Origin: a virus
Lineage: Duplodnaviria; Heunggongvirae; Uroviricota; Caudoviricetes
Reading direction: 5' to 3' (one strand)
Virus record (IMG/VR): IMGVR_UViG_3300037346_000580
Coordinates: 64,001 to 118,848 of that record
Length of the DNA stretch: 54,848 nucleotides
Part shown: one piece after another, positions 53,939 through 54,848 of the stretch
Layout: each line of letters begins with the position of its first letter
Position numbering within the stretch: the stretch's first letter is position 1
Notes under the pieces: model-generated
The model's database searches: none
Told to the model about the DNA's origin: nothing
The model's input: only the letters and a program-made list of their open reading frames with translations
Program-made: the position numbers and the translations under genes

Positions 53939-54400
53939 TGGACCAAGAGGGATTCGAACCCTCGTCTTGTTCAGATAGTCAAAGGACTCATTCACAGGCT
54001 TAGCTACATTTTCTAACGAAGCGAAATATATTATTCAGTTAACAGAGTTCCGAACAATCAACCAACCCAGTGATATTATTTATCCTGACACTAAGGATTT
54101 TTCTTTCGCCCCCTGTATAGATCTCTAGGATCTGGATGCTCAAGGTACGCCTTGACGACGACCGAAGTCTTGAGGGAGCCACCCGGATTTTCACATTTAC
54201 TTTCCTTGGTAAGTGAGACCAGGTCGGTTAAGCCGCTATTGCAAACTCAGCCTTAGCTGCGGGAGCACCAAACGCGTTGATAGCATCCCAAACATTGTTT
54301 TTGCCGTTTAAAGCTTTGTATAGGTTATTTAAGAGTTTCCAATACTAACTCTGCCTGCATCTCAAAGAACGAACTCTGCCAATCAATACCGTGTTGGCCC
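53939..54400 (-). ncRNA. ssrA: tmRNA (462 nt)
   Basis: 5' GGGCCAA pairs with 3' TTGGTCC including G3.U70; discriminator A; T-arm GAGGG-TTCGAAT-CCCTC; internal tag ORF 54305-54228 ending AIAA-TAA; CCA not fully encoded. Confidence 0.95.
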
Positions 54401-54732
54401 TTGTTTATTATTAAAGAAACAATCTTATGATTTGTTTCGTTTTTCTTGTATAATTTTATTTATAAGATTTAATAATCTTGGGGTTAACATTATCTCAGTT
54501 AACGTTTGTGGCTTTACGAGGTTTGGGGAAAGCCTTCCCAAATTATTGATTTTGAACTAATTATCCAAGCACAAGACCGATTTTTGAATAAAGACTAAAT
54601 CCCAAATCTTGTAAAACCATTGTTGTAGGTAGTTGTTATTCTTTTCGATTAGTTCTTTATTATACAAATATTAATCTATTTTTGTTAAAATTTTGATAAA
54701 AACGATAAATACAGAGTAACTTGGACTTTAAA

Positions 54733-54777
54733 TTAAGTCCAAGTGCCACCGCCTAATAATCTTGTCCTTGTTTTCAT
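54733..54777 (-). other. 14-codon micro-ORF overlapping a 10-bp hairpin (54719-54744)
   Basis: MKTRTRLLGGGTWT*; acttggactt-taaatt-aagtccaagt. Confidence 0.35.
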
Positions 54778-54798
54778 AATGATGTTTTTTAAGTTATA

Positions 54799-54825
54799 CA
54801 AATATACTACAAATATACTACAAAT
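54799..54825 (-). promoter_or_regulatory. tandem TATATTTG cores (11-nt repeat x2.4)
   Basis: caaatatacta at 54799 and 54810, partial at 54821. Confidence 0.6.
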
Positions 54826-54848
54826 TTTATTCCAAAGCATAATTTTTT

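Noticed and set aside
53939-53985. tRNA gene
   Set aside because: The T-arm and acceptor 3' strand belong to the tmRNA; there is no anticodon arm and the 5' strand is 460 nt away.
1-54848. CRISPR array, IS element or integrase
   Set aside because: No repeat-spacer periodicity, transposase or recombinase motifs were seen.

Overview
AT-rich, densely packed segment of a large T4-like (jumbo/mega) phage genome, most likely infecting a Bacteroidota host. The host call is an inference from repeated TAnnTTTG sigma-A promoter cores, a tmRNA tag starting GKNN, a Bacteroidota-style ClpP and A-rich, mostly SD-less start regions. Most genes are on the minus strand. Recognisable functions: RNA repair (Rnl1-type ligase, PNK-like kinase, two calcineurin-like phosphoesterases, HAD_SAK, cyclic-phosphate receiver domain), ClpP, Dda-like helicase, NUDIX, GT6 glycosyltransferase, vWA, DEDDh exonuclease, GH19 endolysin, SLT-domain protein, thioredoxin, AAA ATPase, Fpg/Nei, thioesterase, DHFR, ThyA, cyclophilin, RNase HII, T5 A1-like nuclease, a second thymidylate-synthase-fold enzyme, an R2K ATP-grasp and a tmRNA. 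Main hunt results: (1) a homing endonuclease that appears to have decapitated thyA, leaving a 48-codon orphan N-terminus whose end pairs with the endonuclease RBS around a late-type promoter, while thyA carries a replacement N-terminus; (2) unrelated proteins sharing a T4 capsid-targeting-like N-terminal tag behind a GATATATAAT motif; (3) a tmRNA with a 25-residue tag plus phage ClpP; (4) an HNH endonuclease fused in-frame inside a receiver-domain protein; (5) an eight-copy YCG-N11-TAnnTTTG promoter; (6) about ten genes broken by homopolymer deletions, short duplications or transition-type stops, which may be sequence error or real decay. All family assignments come from motif recognition by eye; no searches were run.
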